Assembly: GCA_030590175.1 (NCBI GenBank)
Contig: JAUUZE010000003.1
Coordinates: 1 to 37,967 of the forward strand
Length of the DNA: 37,967 nucleotides
From: Clostridia bacterium
GTDB taxonomy: Bacteria > Bacillota > Clostridia > DUPQ01
Direction: 5' to 3'
In this document: in pieces, positions 18,676 to 29,198 of the stretch
Position numbering within the stretch: the stretch's first letter is position 1
Layout: each line of letters begins with the position of its first letter
Position numbers and translations under genes: made by a program
The notes under the pieces: generated by a model
Told to the model about the DNA's origin: nothing
The model's input: only the letters and a program-made list of their open reading frames with translations
The model's database searches: none

Positions 18676-19526
18676 TAAGACAAGTATTTTTAATAAAGAA
18701 TCCAGGAATGTATACATTGATTCAAGATGGAGGGAGAATAGGTTTTCGTCACTATGGAGTACCTGTTTCTGGAGCCGTTGATAAAAAAGCGCTAAATCAA
18801 GCAAATTATCTAGTTTATAATTCAAAAGATTGCCCATGCCTTGAAATATTATCAACTGGTATTGAGTTATTAGCATTGGATGATTGTTATATTGCTTTTA
18901 CTGGGGCTTTAGCTACTATACTAGTTGATCAACAAGTTGTTAATTCCTTTCAAACTCTATTAATAAAAAGTGGACAAACTATTATAGTAAAAGCACTGAA
19001 AAGTGGTTTGAGAACATATTTAGGAGTACATGGGGGTTTTGTATCTGACATATTAATGGGTTCAGCTTCAGTGGATGAGCGAATTTTAATAGGAAGCCGC
19101 TTAAAAAGAGATGATATCTTAACAACCAATGAACCGCTTACTAATTTATCTATTCGTACCATTAAAAGACCAGTTTATGATAATCATTATAGAGTTATAA
19201 TAGGCCCTGATAAACATAAATTTTCACCAAAAGAAATTAAAAAATTCTTTAATAATTCATATAAAGTAACTGCTAAATTAAGTAGAATGGGAATCAATTT
19301 AAAAGGGAATAAAATTGAGCATATAGATGGAGCAGATGTTCTTAGCCACCCTGTGATATTTGGATCTATACAAATACTAGCAAATGGACAACCAATAATT
19401 TTATTAGCTGATGGGCAAACAACAGGTGGTTATGCAGTTATTGGTAATATATGTGATGATGATTTATATAAATTAGGTCAAGTAAAAACAGGTGATTTAA
19501 TAACATTCTCAAAAATAAAAGGATAA
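18672..19526 (+). CDS. pxpC: 5-oxoprolinase subunit C (KipA-like)
   Basis: IQDGGR.G, SGAVD, GQPIILLADGQTTGGY. Confidence 0.93.
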   Translation: MIRQVFLIKNPGMYTLIQDGGRIGFRHYGVPVSGAVDKKALNQANYLVYNSKDCPCLEILSTGIELLALDDCYIAFTGALATILVDQQVVNSFQTLLIKSGQTIIVKALKSGLRTYLGVHGGFVSDILMGSASVDERILIGSRLKRDDILTTNEPLTNLSIRTIKRPVYDNHYRVIIGPDKHKFSPKEIKKFFNNSYKVTAKLSRMGINLKGNKIEHIDGADVLSHPVIFGSIQILANGQPIILLADGQTTGGYAVIGNICDDDLYKLGQVKTGDLITFSKIKG

Positions 19527-19530
19527 TTTA

Positions 19531-19773
19531 TTAATTGTTTTTTTTATTAGGATCTTTAGAACCTGAAAGATTAAAGCTACTATTAACGCTATGCTCAACA
19601 TTTTTGTAGCCTTCATTTTTATGTTTCTTTCTAATTAAACCATAATATAATAATACTAATGCACACAAAGTGGCTGCAACACCATAGAAGATATCTCCTA
19701 TTTGAAACAAACTAAATGCAAAAATACCAACGATGATTCCACCAATAGTCATGGTGATTGATTTACCTTTCAT
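19531..19773 (-). CDS. Small two-TM hypothetical membrane protein
   Basis: AGGAGG RBS (CCTCCT on + strand), two hydrophobic segments, fills an intergenic gap. Confidence 0.7.
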   Translation of the reverse strand: MKGKSITMTIGGIIVGIFAFSLFQIGDIFYGVAATLCALVLLYYGLIRKKHKNEGYKNVEHSVNSSFNLSGSKDPNKKNN

Positions 19774-19854
19774 ATAGACCTCCTAATTTCATATAATTAT
19801 ATCATAAAAGATAGATATTTACTTAAATTAGTAGGTTAATTGTAAAATTTTGTA

Positions 19855-19863
19855 TGGTATAAT
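19855..19863 (+). promoter_or_regulatory. Extended -10 promoter
   Basis: TG-G-TATAAT upstream of AAGGAG RBS. Confidence 0.6.
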
Positions 19864-19895
19864 TAACACATATTTTTTACAAAGGAGAAATATAA

Positions 19896-20051
19896 ATGAA
19901 GTATGAATATAAAGTTGTTAATATCGTGAAATTTAAGCTTGAAAAATATGCTGAAAAATTAAATGAATATGGCTATGAAGGATGGAAATTAGTTTGCGTT
20001 GATAATAGTATGCATTACTTTATAAAAGAGCTAAAGGAAGGGACTTTTTAA
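19896..20051 (+). CDS. DUF4177-like small protein (51 aa; not in ORF track)
   Basis: MKYEYKVV...LNEYGYEGWKLVCV...YFIKE; AAGGAG RBS; TAATG coupling to next gene. Confidence 0.85.
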   Translation: MKYEYKVVNIVKFKLEKYAEKLNEYGYEGWKLVCVDNSMHYFIKELKEGTF

Positions 20052-20392
20052 TGGAAAAAGTTTTTTTAATTACTGCTACTGATCAATTAGAAGCATTTTT
20101 AATTGAATCAATATTGAAAAAAAATGAGATTTCATCAAATATTCAGCTTATTCCTCAAGAAAGCAAACCAAAATATAATCAAGAAGCTAATAAAGCTAAT
20201 ATATTTGTTGATGAAGAAAACTATGAACAAGCTATCAAATTAATGGATGTTATTGTTAATGAGCGACTGGAAAAAGAAGAGAAAAAAGAAGAATCACGTT
20301 TATTTACAAAAAAACAGCTATTTTTTGCAATTTTAACAACAAGCATATTTCTAATAATGGTTATTTGGATTGTTGTATATGCTATGAAATAA
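20051..20392 (+). CDS. DUF2007 (PII-like fold) protein with C-terminal TM helix
   Basis: EAFLIESILKKNEI...IFVDEENYEQAIKL pattern. Confidence 0.7.
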   Translation: MEKVFLITATDQLEAFLIESILKKNEISSNIQLIPQESKPKYNQEANKANIFVDEENYEQAIKLMDVIVNERLEKEEKKEESRLFTKKQLFFAILTTSIFLIMVIWIVVYAMK

Positions 20393-20413
20393 GCATGAAA
20401 ATGAGAGGGTTTT

Positions 20414-22255
20414 ATGGAGACTATTAACTGGAAAAATGTTGCAGAAAAGATAAGCAAAGAATCATGGGCAAGTACCATGTATCAAACAATGAAAGATAAT
20501 GTTGATGATTATATCAAGACATATCATGATGATGCTAGTGATGTGGCAGGGTGGGGACATAATTATCACTGTACTGAATGCTCGGGACGATTACAATTTG
20601 ATATTAATAAAAGAAATAGCCATGTGTGTAGTGTTTGTGGCAAAGTTAACAGTGGTAACCAAGGACAAGATGATTCTTGGACAGCTACATACCGTGGGAA
20701 AAGTTGTACAACTGCATATCAAGCAGCAATTATATATAATATTAATGGGGGACAACAGTATATAAACTATATAAAAAAAGTAGTTAATTTCTTTGCTGAT
20801 CATTATGATGAATTTAAAGCATGGTCTCCAGCGAAACGATTTGAAGGAAAATTAACAGGTATTAATTTAACAGATGCTGCTCATATGATTCAAATTTTAT
20901 TTGCATTAGATATGACACGTACTCAATATTCACAAAGAGAATTAGATAAATGGTATGAGAAATTATTTGTAAGACAAGCTGCAATGTATGAGCAATATTC
21001 AAATAAAATATATAATATTCCAGTATGGATGAAATGTGCTGAGGGAATGATTGGGATTTTCTTTAATAAGCAAGTTACGATTGATAATGCATTTCACTCA
21101 CGCTTTGGAATAATGGATCAATTAAGAAGAGGAGTAACAAAAGATGGCATGTGGTTTGAAGCTTCACCACATTATCATTTTTATTGTGTACAACCAATAA
21201 CATATTTATTATATTTTGTAAAAAAATATGATAGAGAAATTAGTACACAACAAGAATTAGTTGATTATGTTGAACAGTTATATTTATTTCCATTAAAAAA
21301 TTCTTTTAGAAATGGTTTTACACCTAATCCATGTGATGGATGGCCAGGTACTTATATTGAAAAATATCGTGCTCAATATGAATATGCTGCTATGTTATTT
21401 GATAATCCATATTTTAAACAAACTGTTGGAACATTTTATAAAGGAAATGATTTACCAACTATAGAACGATTATTATTTAATCAAGGATATCAATCAGATG
21501 GGCTACCTAAGTTTGGATCACAGAATTTTGAAGATTCCTTTAGTGTAATGCTTAAAAATGATATAACAGAAGTTTATCTAAAAACAGGTATAAAAACTAT
21601 TTGTCATGCTCATCCTGATGTTATGACTTTTGAGCTTTGTTTTTATGATGACTTAGTGTCTACGGATCTTTCTAGTAATGGATATGGTAGTAAAATATTT
21701 AATGAATGGCAGCGAAAAAGTATTAGCCATAATACTGTTGTGATTAATCAAATAGATCAACGATATGAACCAGTTGGAGAAGGTATATGGCCTGAAGGTA
21801 TTGTTGAATATTTTGATGATAAAACGATTAAAGCAAAATCAAAAAATGTATATGAATGTTGTGATTATACTAGAGAGTTTAATATAAATGATAATGTAGT
21901 TAGCGAAAAGTTTTTAGTTAAAGGTGTTGAAGATTATACTATTGATTGGTGCTTTTATTGTAAAGGTGAAGTGAAAATAAGTAGCCCATATAAAAAAATT
22001 GATAGTTTAGGTGATGAAGAGGGATATCAACACTTATTTGACATAAAAGAGATTGATGGTAGTAGAAATCAGCGGATTTCCTTTGTTTTACCAGATAAAG
22101 TAATTCATTTAGATATGAAAGGTCATAACGATAGCAAAATCTATATAGTTAATAGTTATACAAAAACTTTCCAAGAAACAAGGTATGGGGTTATAGTTAG
22201 AAGACATGGAGAAAGCACATTGTATGAATGTACTTATACTTGTGAGCTTACATAA
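20414..22255 (+). CDS. Heparinase II/III-like polysaccharide lyase with N-terminal Cys4 motif
   Basis: DGMWFEASPHYHFY, HAHPD, SHNTVVIN; no signal peptide. Confidence 0.8.
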   Translation: METINWKNVAEKISKESWASTMYQTMKDNVDDYIKTYHDDASDVAGWGHNYHCTECSGRLQFDINKRNSHVCSVCGKVNSGNQGQDDSWTATYRGKSCTTAYQAAIIYNINGGQQYINYIKKVVNFFADHYDEFKAWSPAKRFEGKLTGINLTDAAHMIQILFALDMTRTQYSQRELDKWYEKLFVRQAAMYEQYSNKIYNIPVWMKCAEGMIGIFFNKQVTIDNAFHSRFGIMDQLRRGVTKDGMWFEASPHYHFYCVQPITYLLYFVKKYDREISTQQELVDYVEQLYLFPLKNSFRNGFTPNPCDGWPGTYIEKYRAQYEYAAMLFDNPYFKQTVGTFYKGNDLPTIERLLFNQGYQSDGLPKFGSQNFEDSFSVMLKNDITEVYLKTGIKTICHAHPDVMTFELCFYDDLVSTDLSSNGYGSKIFNEWQRKSISHNTVVINQIDQRYEPVGEGIWPEGIVEYFDDKTIKAKSKNVYECCDYTREFNINDNVVSEKFLVKGVEDYTIDWCFYCKGEVKISSPYKKIDSLGDEEGYQHLFDIKEIDGSRNQRISFVLPDKVIHLDMKGHNDSKIYIVNSYTKTFQETRYGVIVRRHGESTLYECTYTCELT

Positions 22256-22273
22256 TAGCTTAAGGGGAGATTA

Positions 22274-25069
22274 ATGAAAAATTGGATTTGGGTGAAAGAT
22301 GGCTCACCAAGTGAAAATGTAGTTGCTTGTTTTAGAAAGCAATTTATTTGTAAAACCAATATAAAAACCATGGTTTCTATTAGCGCAGATACTCGATATG
22401 TTTTGTATATAAATGGCCATGAAGTAGGACAAGGACCTATTCGTTCCACAAAAGAGAGATGGTTTTATGATGAATATGATATCACTCCGTATTTAGATGA
22501 AGATTATAATGTTATTGCTATTAGTGTGTGGGACTATGGCATGTCTACCTACCAGAGTATTGCTAATCAAGGTGGGGTTATTTTTTCAGTTAAACAAAAT
22601 GAAACATATATTTGCCAATCTGATGACAGTGTAAAAAGTGCTATTAATACTGGTATTAAATCCAAAACTGTAAAACGTAATGTTAATTTAGGATTTATGG
22701 AATATTTTAATGCAAATAAATTTGATTCTATGTGGATGAAAAAAAGCTTTGATGATAGTGGCTGGAATAATAGTATAAATATAAAAGATGATTGGGGAAA
22801 TTTACACCAAAGACAAGTAAAGTTTATGGATCATCAATTAATAAGACCACAAAATATTTATTCAATTAAAGAAGTAATTCCAACTATAAAAAATATTTCA
22901 GTTAATTTGCGACCAACTATGTTTCCAAATAGAAAAGATGCTAATGCATCTATATTTTCTGGATTTTTAGGGTTTTATATTACAAGTGCAAGTGATCAAT
23001 CAGGATTTATTAACTTTCCTAACAATAAATGGAATGGTGTTTTTGGTGATTTAAAAATTGATCAAACATATTATAATGTGGATAATATTAATCGTAAAAC
23101 TGCCATAAAAATTAAAAAGGGGAAACAACTATTATTAATGAATATTGCTGCAAAGCATGATGACTTATATTCGCATATGGAATTTTCATTTGATGAAGAA
23201 CTTGTTTATTCTGATTTTTTTACCATTGGACCTACTACGTATATTGAAAATAAAACAGATGGTTATAATAAAATATACGGTGGATTAGAAAATTATGAGC
23301 GTTTATCAGATTTAAGTGATACACATAAAAACATATATGAATTAGCACCTAATTTAGAATCTGTACGTAAATTAATTAAACCTATTAGTAACGAATATGT
23401 ATTTTTTGATGAATATATTTTATCGCTGGTTGAAAATAAGAAAGTAGTTAATGAACGTATAGTTTTATCTAAAGATAATGGACTATTACATGGAAATACC
23501 TTGCCAACTATTTTAGAACCACCTACGAATGGAACTGATTTAGAAGTTGTAGTTGATTTTTATGATATGTTTGTTGGAAATATTGGTTTTTCCATAAAAA
23601 GTGATGCTAATATAATATTAGATATATATGGGTTTGAAAATCTATTTGAAGATGAAATTGACTTTACTTTTGGATTAAATAATGGGATTAGATATATTAC
23701 AAAAGAAGGTTATCAGCAATATACAACTTTTACTCGTCTAGGATTTAGGTATCTGATGTTAACTTTTAGAAATATGACAAAACCAATAGAAATATATTCG
23801 CTAACTGTTAATCAAAGAAGTTATCCTGTAGGACGGAATGGGCATTTTAGATGTGATGACTACCTGTTAAATAAAATATATGATATATCTAGACGAACAA
23901 ATCAACTTTGTTCAGAAGATACATTTACTGATAGCCCAACCTATGAGCAGGCTTTTTGGTCAGGAGATGCACAAGTCTCTTCAATGGTTAGTGCATATTA
24001 TTTTGGAGAAAAAAACTTAGTTAAAAACTGTATTATGCAAGTACCATTATCAAGGGGAAATACTAAATTATTAGCAGCATTAATGCCTACTGATTGGGAA
24101 ACTGCAATTCCACTTTGGACAATGAATTGGATAATTACCATAGATGAATACATATTTAATACAGGAGATGACAGTGTAATAGAAGAACTATATGAACCTG
24201 TAAAAGAAACACTTAAGTATTATACAAATTTTATTGAAGAAGATGGTGCTTTTAATATTTCTGCTTGGAATATGATTGACTGGGCACCTATGGATATACA
24301 TAATCAAGGAGTTATGACAGCACAGCAAGGACTCTTGGCTCATTGTTTTGAGATATTTGAAAAGATGGCTATTAGATTGCAAAAAGATGAAGCAAAGTTA
24401 TTCAATGAAGAAAAACTTAGATTATTAACATATCTTGATACAAAATTATGGTTAGAAAATGAGCAAGAGTTTGTTGATGGTTATACGCATAAATATGGAT
24501 TGTCTAAAACTGTTGGTATGCAGACTCATGTAATGCTTTATCAATATGATTTAATAAAAGATAGCGTAAAAAAAGAAATAGTTTTAAAGAAAATACTAAA
24601 CAAACCAAAACATTGGCTAGATGTAGGCTCACCTTTTATGCTTTTTTATCTATTCGATATATATAATAAACATGGAAAACATCAAAGGATATTAGACGAG
24701 ATAAGAAACAGATGGGGAATGATGTTACGTTATGATTCTTCAACCTGTTGGGAAGTATTCCCTGGTTTTTATGAGAATTCTAGAACAAGGAGTTATTGTC
24801 ATTCATGGTCATCTTCGCCTGGATATGTTTTTATTAAATATTTATTAGGATTTTTACCTATAGAAGAAGGATTTAATAAAATATCGCTAAAAATCCCAGA
24901 TGTTGATATAAAATGGTGTGAAGGAAGTATACCTACACCGCATGGTAGAATAGATGTTAGGTGGAGCACAGAAAATAATCAACAAGTTTTCCATGCTAAA
25001 GTTCCAAAAACTATTGAAATCGTTTTGCAAATAAATGATAATTGGAATATAGAAATTGAAAGGATTTAA
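22274..25069 (+). CDS. GH78 alpha-L-rhamnosidase
   Basis: [48 protein letters not shown]. Confidence 0.88.
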   Translation: MKNWIWVKDGSPSENVVACFRKQFICKTNIKTMVSISADTRYVLYINGHEVGQGPIRSTKERWFYDEYDITPYLDEDYNVIAISVWDYGMSTYQSIANQGGVIFSVKQNETYICQSDDSVKSAINTGIKSKTVKRNVNLGFMEYFNANKFDSMWMKKSFDDSGWNNSINIKDDWGNLHQRQVKFMDHQLIRPQNIYSIKEVIPTIKNISVNLRPTMFPNRKDANASIFSGFLGFYITSASDQSGFINFPNNKWNGVFGDLKIDQTYYNVDNINRKTAIKIKKGKQLLLMNIAAKHDDLYSHMEFSFDEELVYSDFFTIGPTTYIENKTDGYNKIYGGLENYERLSDLSDTHKNIYELAPNLESVRKLIKPISNEYVFFDEYILSLVENKKVVNERIVLSKDNGLLHGNTLPTILEPPTNGTDLEVVVDFYDMFVGNIGFSIKSDANIILDIYGFENLFEDEIDFTFGLNNGIRYITKEGYQQYTTFTRLGFRYLMLTFRNMTKPIEIYSLTVNQRSYPVGRNGHFRCDDYLLNKIYDISRRTNQLCSEDTFTDSPTYEQAFWSGDAQVSSMVSAYYFGEKNLVKNCIMQVPLSRGNTKLLAALMPTDWETAIPLWTMNWIITIDEYIFNTGDDSVIEELYEPVKETLKYYTNFIEEDGAFNISAWNMIDWAPMDIHNQGVMTAQQGLLAHCFEIFEKMAIRLQKDEAKLFNEEKLRLLTYLDTKLWLENEQEFVDGYTHKYGLSKTVGMQTHVMLYQYDLIKDSVKKEIVLKKILNKPKHWLDVGSPFMLFYLFDIYNKHGKHQRILDEIRNRWGMMLRYDSSTCWEVFPGFYENSRTRSYCHSWSSSPGYVFIKYLLGFLPIEEGFNKISLKIPDVDIKWCEGSIPTPHGRIDVRWSTENNQQVFHAKVPKTIEIVLQINDNWNIEIERI

Positions 25070-25071
25070 TT

Positions 25072-25887
25072 ATGTATGATTGGTTTATAGGGTTATCCCA
25101 TATTACACAAGCTTTAATAGGAACATTATTTACATGGTTTGTAACAGCAGCTGGGGCATCACTAGTCTTCTTTTTTAAGACAATTAATAAAACAATATTA
25201 AATTTTATGTTGGGAATTGCTTCAGGTGTTATGATTGCAGCTTCATTTTGGTCTCTATTAGCCCCAGCTATTGAATTGGCTGAAGAAACAAGTAATAAAC
25301 CATGGCTTGTTGCGGCTATAGGATTTTTATTAGGTGGTCTCTTCTTATTCTTAGCTGATAAGTTGCTACCGCATATTCATGCAAATGCACATAATCAGCA
25401 AGCAGAAGGAGTTAAGACCTCTTGGTCTCGTAGTACATTATTAGTATTATCAATTACATTACATAACATACCAGAAGGACTAGCAGTAGGAGTAGCCTTT
25501 GGGGCTGTTGCATCTGGGATACCAAATGCTTCTATAGCAGCTGCTATTGCTTTAGCAATAGGTATTGGGATACAAAACTTCCCAGAAGGTGCAGCTGTTT
25601 CAATTCCTTTAAGACGAGAAGGAATGTCTAGAAGAAAAGCTTTTATGTATGGCCAACTATCAGGTGTGGTTGAACCAATTGCAGGGGTTTTAGGAGCTTT
25701 TGCAGTTATAAGTATGAGATCAATCTTACCATATGCTTTAGCATTTGCTGCTGGCGCCATGATTTATGTTGTGGCGGAAGAATTAATTCCAGAAGGAAAA
25801 ATTGGTGGGAAAATTAGTGATATAGCAACTATTGGTGTTATGATTGGATTTGCAATTATGATGACCCTTGATGTTGCGTTAGGATAA
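25072..25887 (+). CDS. zupT: ZIP family (ZupT/GufA) metal transporter
   Basis: [24 protein letters not shown]. Confidence 0.9.
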   Translation: MYDWFIGLSHITQALIGTLFTWFVTAAGASLVFFFKTINKTILNFMLGIASGVMIAASFWSLLAPAIELAEETSNKPWLVAAIGFLLGGLFLFLADKLLPHIHANAHNQQAEGVKTSWSRSTLLVLSITLHNIPEGLAVGVAFGAVASGIPNASIAAAIALAIGIGIQNFPEGAAVSIPLRREGMSRRKAFMYGQLSGVVEPIAGVLGAFAVISMRSILPYALAFAAGAMIYVVAEELIPEGKIGGKISDIATIGVMIGFAIMMTLDVALG

Positions 25888-25889
25888 AA

Positions 25890-26612
25890 ATGAAAAAGAT
25901 TACAGAAAAATTACAGGTAAGTGAAATACATAGTGACTATCGATCATCAATGAAAGTGTCACAAATATTTTTAGTTATGCAAGAAATGGCTGAAAAAGGA
26001 GCAAATGAGTTAGGAATGAGTCGCGAGTCAATGATTGAAAATCATCAGACTTTTGTTCTATCTAGAATGTCCTTAGAAATTGGTAGGTTACCTAAACTTT
26101 ATGAAAGTATTGAGGTGACTACTTGGCCTAAAAAAACAATTAAGCTTTTCTATATTAGAGATTTTATTTTCACTCATCAGGAAAAAATTACCATGAGAGC
26201 TTCATCTGTCTGGGCAATACTAGATTTAAAAAGTAGAAAAATTGTTAGACAGCAAGCCACTGTACATTCATCTGATAAACAGCATGTAGATGAAGCATTA
26301 TCTTATATGCCCCCACGAATAAAACTACCAGAACAAATGGATGAAGTTGGACAGGTATTAGCTACTTATTCTATGACTGACCCTAATGGACATATTAATA
26401 ATATAAGATATATTGAATGGGTTTATGATTATTTACCAAAAGAAGTGATAGAGTTTTATAATCCTTACACAATGGACATTAACTACATAAATGAGGTATA
26501 TTATAAAGACAAAATTTCCATTGAGATGGGTAAAAAAGATAATAAGATAATCTTTTGTGGGAAGGTAAATGAAAAAATCTGTTTTATGGTACAAATTAGA
26601 GAAAATCAATAG
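25890..26612 (+). CDS. Acyl-ACP thioesterase (FatA/FatB-like)
   Basis: DPNGHINNIRYIEW, YINE. Confidence 0.9.
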   Translation: MKKITEKLQVSEIHSDYRSSMKVSQIFLVMQEMAEKGANELGMSRESMIENHQTFVLSRMSLEIGRLPKLYESIEVTTWPKKTIKLFYIRDFIFTHQEKITMRASSVWAILDLKSRKIVRQQATVHSSDKQHVDEALSYMPPRIKLPEQMDEVGQVLATYSMTDPNGHINNIRYIEWVYDYLPKEVIEFYNPYTMDINYINEVYYKDKISIEMGKKDNKIIFCGKVNEKICFMVQIRENQ

Positions 26613-26622
26613 AGGAGATATT

Positions 26623-27789
26623 ATGTATAAAATTAGAACGTATAACAAAATAGCTAAAGAAGGAATTAATAAATTTGATAAGCAATTATTTTCTGTAACT
26701 GAAGATGGTAAAAATGTAGATGCTCTTTTATTAAGAAGTGCAAAATTAAAATCAGATGATATTGAAGATACAATTAAGGTTATTGCTAGGGCAGGAGCAG
26801 GTGTTAATAACATTCCTGTAAATGAATGTAGCCAAAAAGGTATTGTTGTTCTTAATACACCAGGTGCCAATGCTAATGCTGTAAAAGAACTAGTAGTAGC
26901 TGGATTATTAATGGCTGCTAGGGACATTAGTGGAGCAATTATATATGCAAAAACATTAAAAGGAGAAAAGAGTCAAGTTCCTGTATTAGTGGAAAAGAAT
27001 AAATCTCGTTTTAAAGGTAGTGAATTAGCAGGAAAAAAATTAGGAGTTATTGGATTAGGAGCTATTGGTATAATGATAGCTAATAGTGCTAGTTCACTTC
27101 ATATGGATGTTATTGGTTATGATCCATATTTATCAGTTAAGTCAGCATGGGGATTATCAAGAAGAATAAAGAGAGCAGACAACTTAGATGAGTTATTTGA
27201 AAATTGTGATTATCTTACAATTCATGTACCTTTGATTGATGCGACAAAAGATATGATAAATAGTGAATCAATTAAAAAAATGAAAAAGGGAATGAAAATT
27301 TTAAACTTTTCCCGTGGTGGTCTAGTAAATAATAGCGATATTCTAAAAGCAATTGATTCTGGTAAAGTGGAACAATATATTACTGATTTTCCATCAGATG
27401 AACTACTTAATGTTGATGGGATTACTTGTATTCCACATTTAGGTGCTAGTACAAATGAAAGTGAAATAAATTGCGCAATTATGGCTACTAAACAAATATC
27501 TGAGTTCCTATTACATGGAAATATTGTGAATTCAGTTAATATGCCAAATTGTTTGGTTAATAGAACATCTGATTATCGTATTACAATTGTTCATTTGAAT
27601 AATCCTGATATACTTACTAAGTTATCTACAATTATTGGAGATGAAAAGTTAAATATTTCAAATCTTTCTACTCATATAAAAGGGGAGTATGGGTATACAA
27701 TTTATGATATAAACAGTCAAGTTAATGAAGATATTTTACAAAAACTTAATAAAATAACTGGAGTATTATCAACAAGACTTCTTAAATAA
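26623..27789 (+). CDS. serA: D-3-phosphoglycerate dehydrogenase with C-terminal ACT domain
   Basis: RAGAGVNNIP, GLGAIG, NFSRG, PHLGAST; ATG 26623 after AGGAG. Confidence 0.9.
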   Translation: MYKIRTYNKIAKEGINKFDKQLFSVTEDGKNVDALLLRSAKLKSDDIEDTIKVIARAGAGVNNIPVNECSQKGIVVLNTPGANANAVKELVVAGLLMAARDISGAIIYAKTLKGEKSQVPVLVEKNKSRFKGSELAGKKLGVIGLGAIGIMIANSASSLHMDVIGYDPYLSVKSAWGLSRRIKRADNLDELFENCDYLTIHVPLIDATKDMINSESIKKMKKGMKILNFSRGGLVNNSDILKAIDSGKVEQYITDFPSDELLNVDGITCIPHLGASTNESEINCAIMATKQISEFLLHGNIVNSVNMPNCLVNRTSDYRITIVHLNNPDILTKLSTIIGDEKLNISNLSTHIKGEYGYTIYDINSQVNEDILQKLNKITGVLSTRLLK

Positions 27790-27816
27790 ACAAAAGAATA
27801 AACAAATAATGTCATG

Positions 27817-27843
27817 AAACAGCCTTTTAAAGGCTGTTTTCTT
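27817..27843 (+). terminator. Intrinsic terminator after serA
   Basis: AAACAGCCTTT-T-AAAGGCTGTTT then TCTT. Confidence 0.8.
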
Positions 27844-27868
27844 ATATAAATTAAACAAATTGATGAAA

Positions 27869-27910
27869 ATATTAATAATGTTAATAAATATATTAATAAT
27901 ATTAATAAAA
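27869..27910. repeat. Two tandem 21-bp direct repeats (four TTAATAA units) next to -35
   Basis: ATATTAATAATGTTAATAAAT / ATATTAATAATATTAATAAAA, 2 mismatches. Confidence 0.75.
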
Positions 27911-27913
27911 GTG

Positions 27914-27942
27914 TTGACAATGCTAAATTTATTTAATATAAT
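27914..27942 (+). promoter_or_regulatory. Perfect consensus sigma-A promoter
   Basis: TTGACA (27914-27919), 17 bp spacer, TATAAT (27937-27942). Confidence 0.9.
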
Positions 27943-27968
27943 GCTGGTATACAAAAGGAGGAGAGATT

Positions 27969-28358
27969 ATGAAAAAGCATAAAGCACCAGGACAATGTCC
28001 CGTATGCAATGAAGAATTTGCTATTACTAAATTGACTTGTCAAAGCTGTGGTAGCGAATTAACTGGTTTCTTTGAGAAGGGGCGATTCTCTTCATTATCA
28101 GAGAATGATCAGTATTTTATAGAAGTATTTATTAAGTGTAGAGGATCTATTAAAGATGTTGAAAAAGAATTAGGAGTATCTTATCCAACTGTCAGAGGAA
28201 AATTAGACGACGTGATTAAAAAGTTAGGATATCAAGTATCTAATCAACAAGATGAAAGTGATAAAAAAGCAGCTTCTATTTTAGATCAAGTGGAGAAAGG
28301 TGAATTATCACCATCAAAAGCTGCAGACATGCTAAAGAAGATTAAAAGAGGAGTATAA
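27969..28358 (+). CDS. DUF2089 family Zn-ribbon/HTH protein with C-terminal SHOCT-like helix pair
   Basis: CPVC...CQSC, GSIKDVEKELGVSYPTVRGKLD, ILDQVEKGELSPSKA. Confidence 0.9.
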   Translation: MKKHKAPGQCPVCNEEFAITKLTCQSCGSELTGFFEKGRFSSLSENDQYFIEVFIKCRGSIKDVEKELGVSYPTVRGKLDDVIKKLGYQVSNQQDESDKKAASILDQVEKGELSPSKAADMLKKIKRGV

Positions 28359-28360
28359 TT

Positions 28361-28486
28361 ATGAGAACAAACAGAAAAAGATGGGAAAAAAATCTAAACA
28401 CAAAATGTTATGGTAGTAATTGTATAAAAGAAGTTTATAGCAATGGCATTCCAAACCGTGCCTGCGTTAACTTTATTATTATTTAG
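28361..28486 (+). CDS. Unannotated 41-aa basic, Cys-containing peptide
   Basis: AGAGGAG RBS 7 nt upstream; MRTNRKRWEKNLNTKCYGSNCIKEVYSNGIPNRACVNFIII; stop overlaps next RBS. Confidence 0.6.
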   Translation: MRTNRKRWEKNLNTKCYGSNCIKEVYSNGIPNRACVNFIII

Positions 28487-28497
28487 AGGTGAATAAA

Positions 28498-28920
28498 ATG
28501 AGTGATGAGCGAAAAAAAATTCTAGAAATGTTAGAAAGCGGTAAGATTAAAGCTGATGAAGCATTAGAATTACTAAATGCAATTGGAGAAGAAGAAGTAA
28601 TAGAAGAACCAACAAAAAGCAAACCTGGAAAAGCTAAGTTCTTGAGAGTAAGAATTGATGCAGCTGGAAAAGAAGGTAAAGAAAAAGCTAAAGTAAATGT
28701 TAATATTCCTTTATCTGTTGCTAAGAAGGTTACATCATTAAAAGGATTGATTCCTAAAAGTGCTAAAAAAGAAATGGAAAAAGAAGGATTTAATATTGAT
28801 GACATTGATTTACAAGAATTAATTAAAGCATTTGAAAATGGTGAGATGGATGAAAATTTAGTTGATATTGAAGCTGGAGATGGTGATGATCGTGTTGTGG
28901 TGAAAGTTTATGTCGATTAA
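28498..28920 (+). CDS. SHOCT-like (YvlB/LiaX N-terminal) domain protein
   Basis: ERKKILEMLESGKIKADEALELL, FLRVRI, VNVNIPL, VKVYVD. Confidence 0.8.
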   Translation: MSDERKKILEMLESGKIKADEALELLNAIGEEEVIEEPTKSKPGKAKFLRVRIDAAGKEGKEKAKVNVNIPLSVAKKVTSLKGLIPKSAKKEMEKEGFNIDDIDLQELIKAFENGEMDENLVDIEAGDGDDRVVVKVYVD

Positions 28921-29197
28921 TTTTGGGATACTACTAGTATATATTAGAGTTAAGAAATTCGTCATAGCAATACCATTTTCAACATATTTTCTAACTGATC
29001 TAATTCGTGGATTTATAGATTTATTTGACTTAATTGGTTGGAAAAAATTGAAAAGTGAAGACATTACCAAAAACGGACTACTGACACTTTGCACTATCTT
29101 ACAATTTACAAGGAATACAGGAAGTTATGATTTAGTAGATATTGAGGTAGGTAGTAAAAAAGATGGAAAGGTACGAATCAAAATAAAGGTGATATAA
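28910..29197 (+). CDS. Hypothetical protein (C-terminus resembles preceding gene: LVDIE...V.IK)
   Basis: ORF overlapping the upstream gene and 1 bp from the downstream gene. Confidence 0.65.
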   Translation: MSINFGILLVYIRVKKFVIAIPFSTYFLTDLIRGFIDLFDLIGWKKLKSEDITKNGLLTLCTILQFTRNTGSYDLVDIEVGSKKDGKVRIKIKVI

Positions 29198-29198
29198 T

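Noticed and set aside
26569-26622. N-terminal extension of serA
   Set aside because: Overlaps the thioesterase gene; RBS supports ATG 26623
27869-27910. CRISPR array or replication-origin repeats
   Set aside because: Only two adjacent copies, no spacers, and no cas, rep or dnaA context
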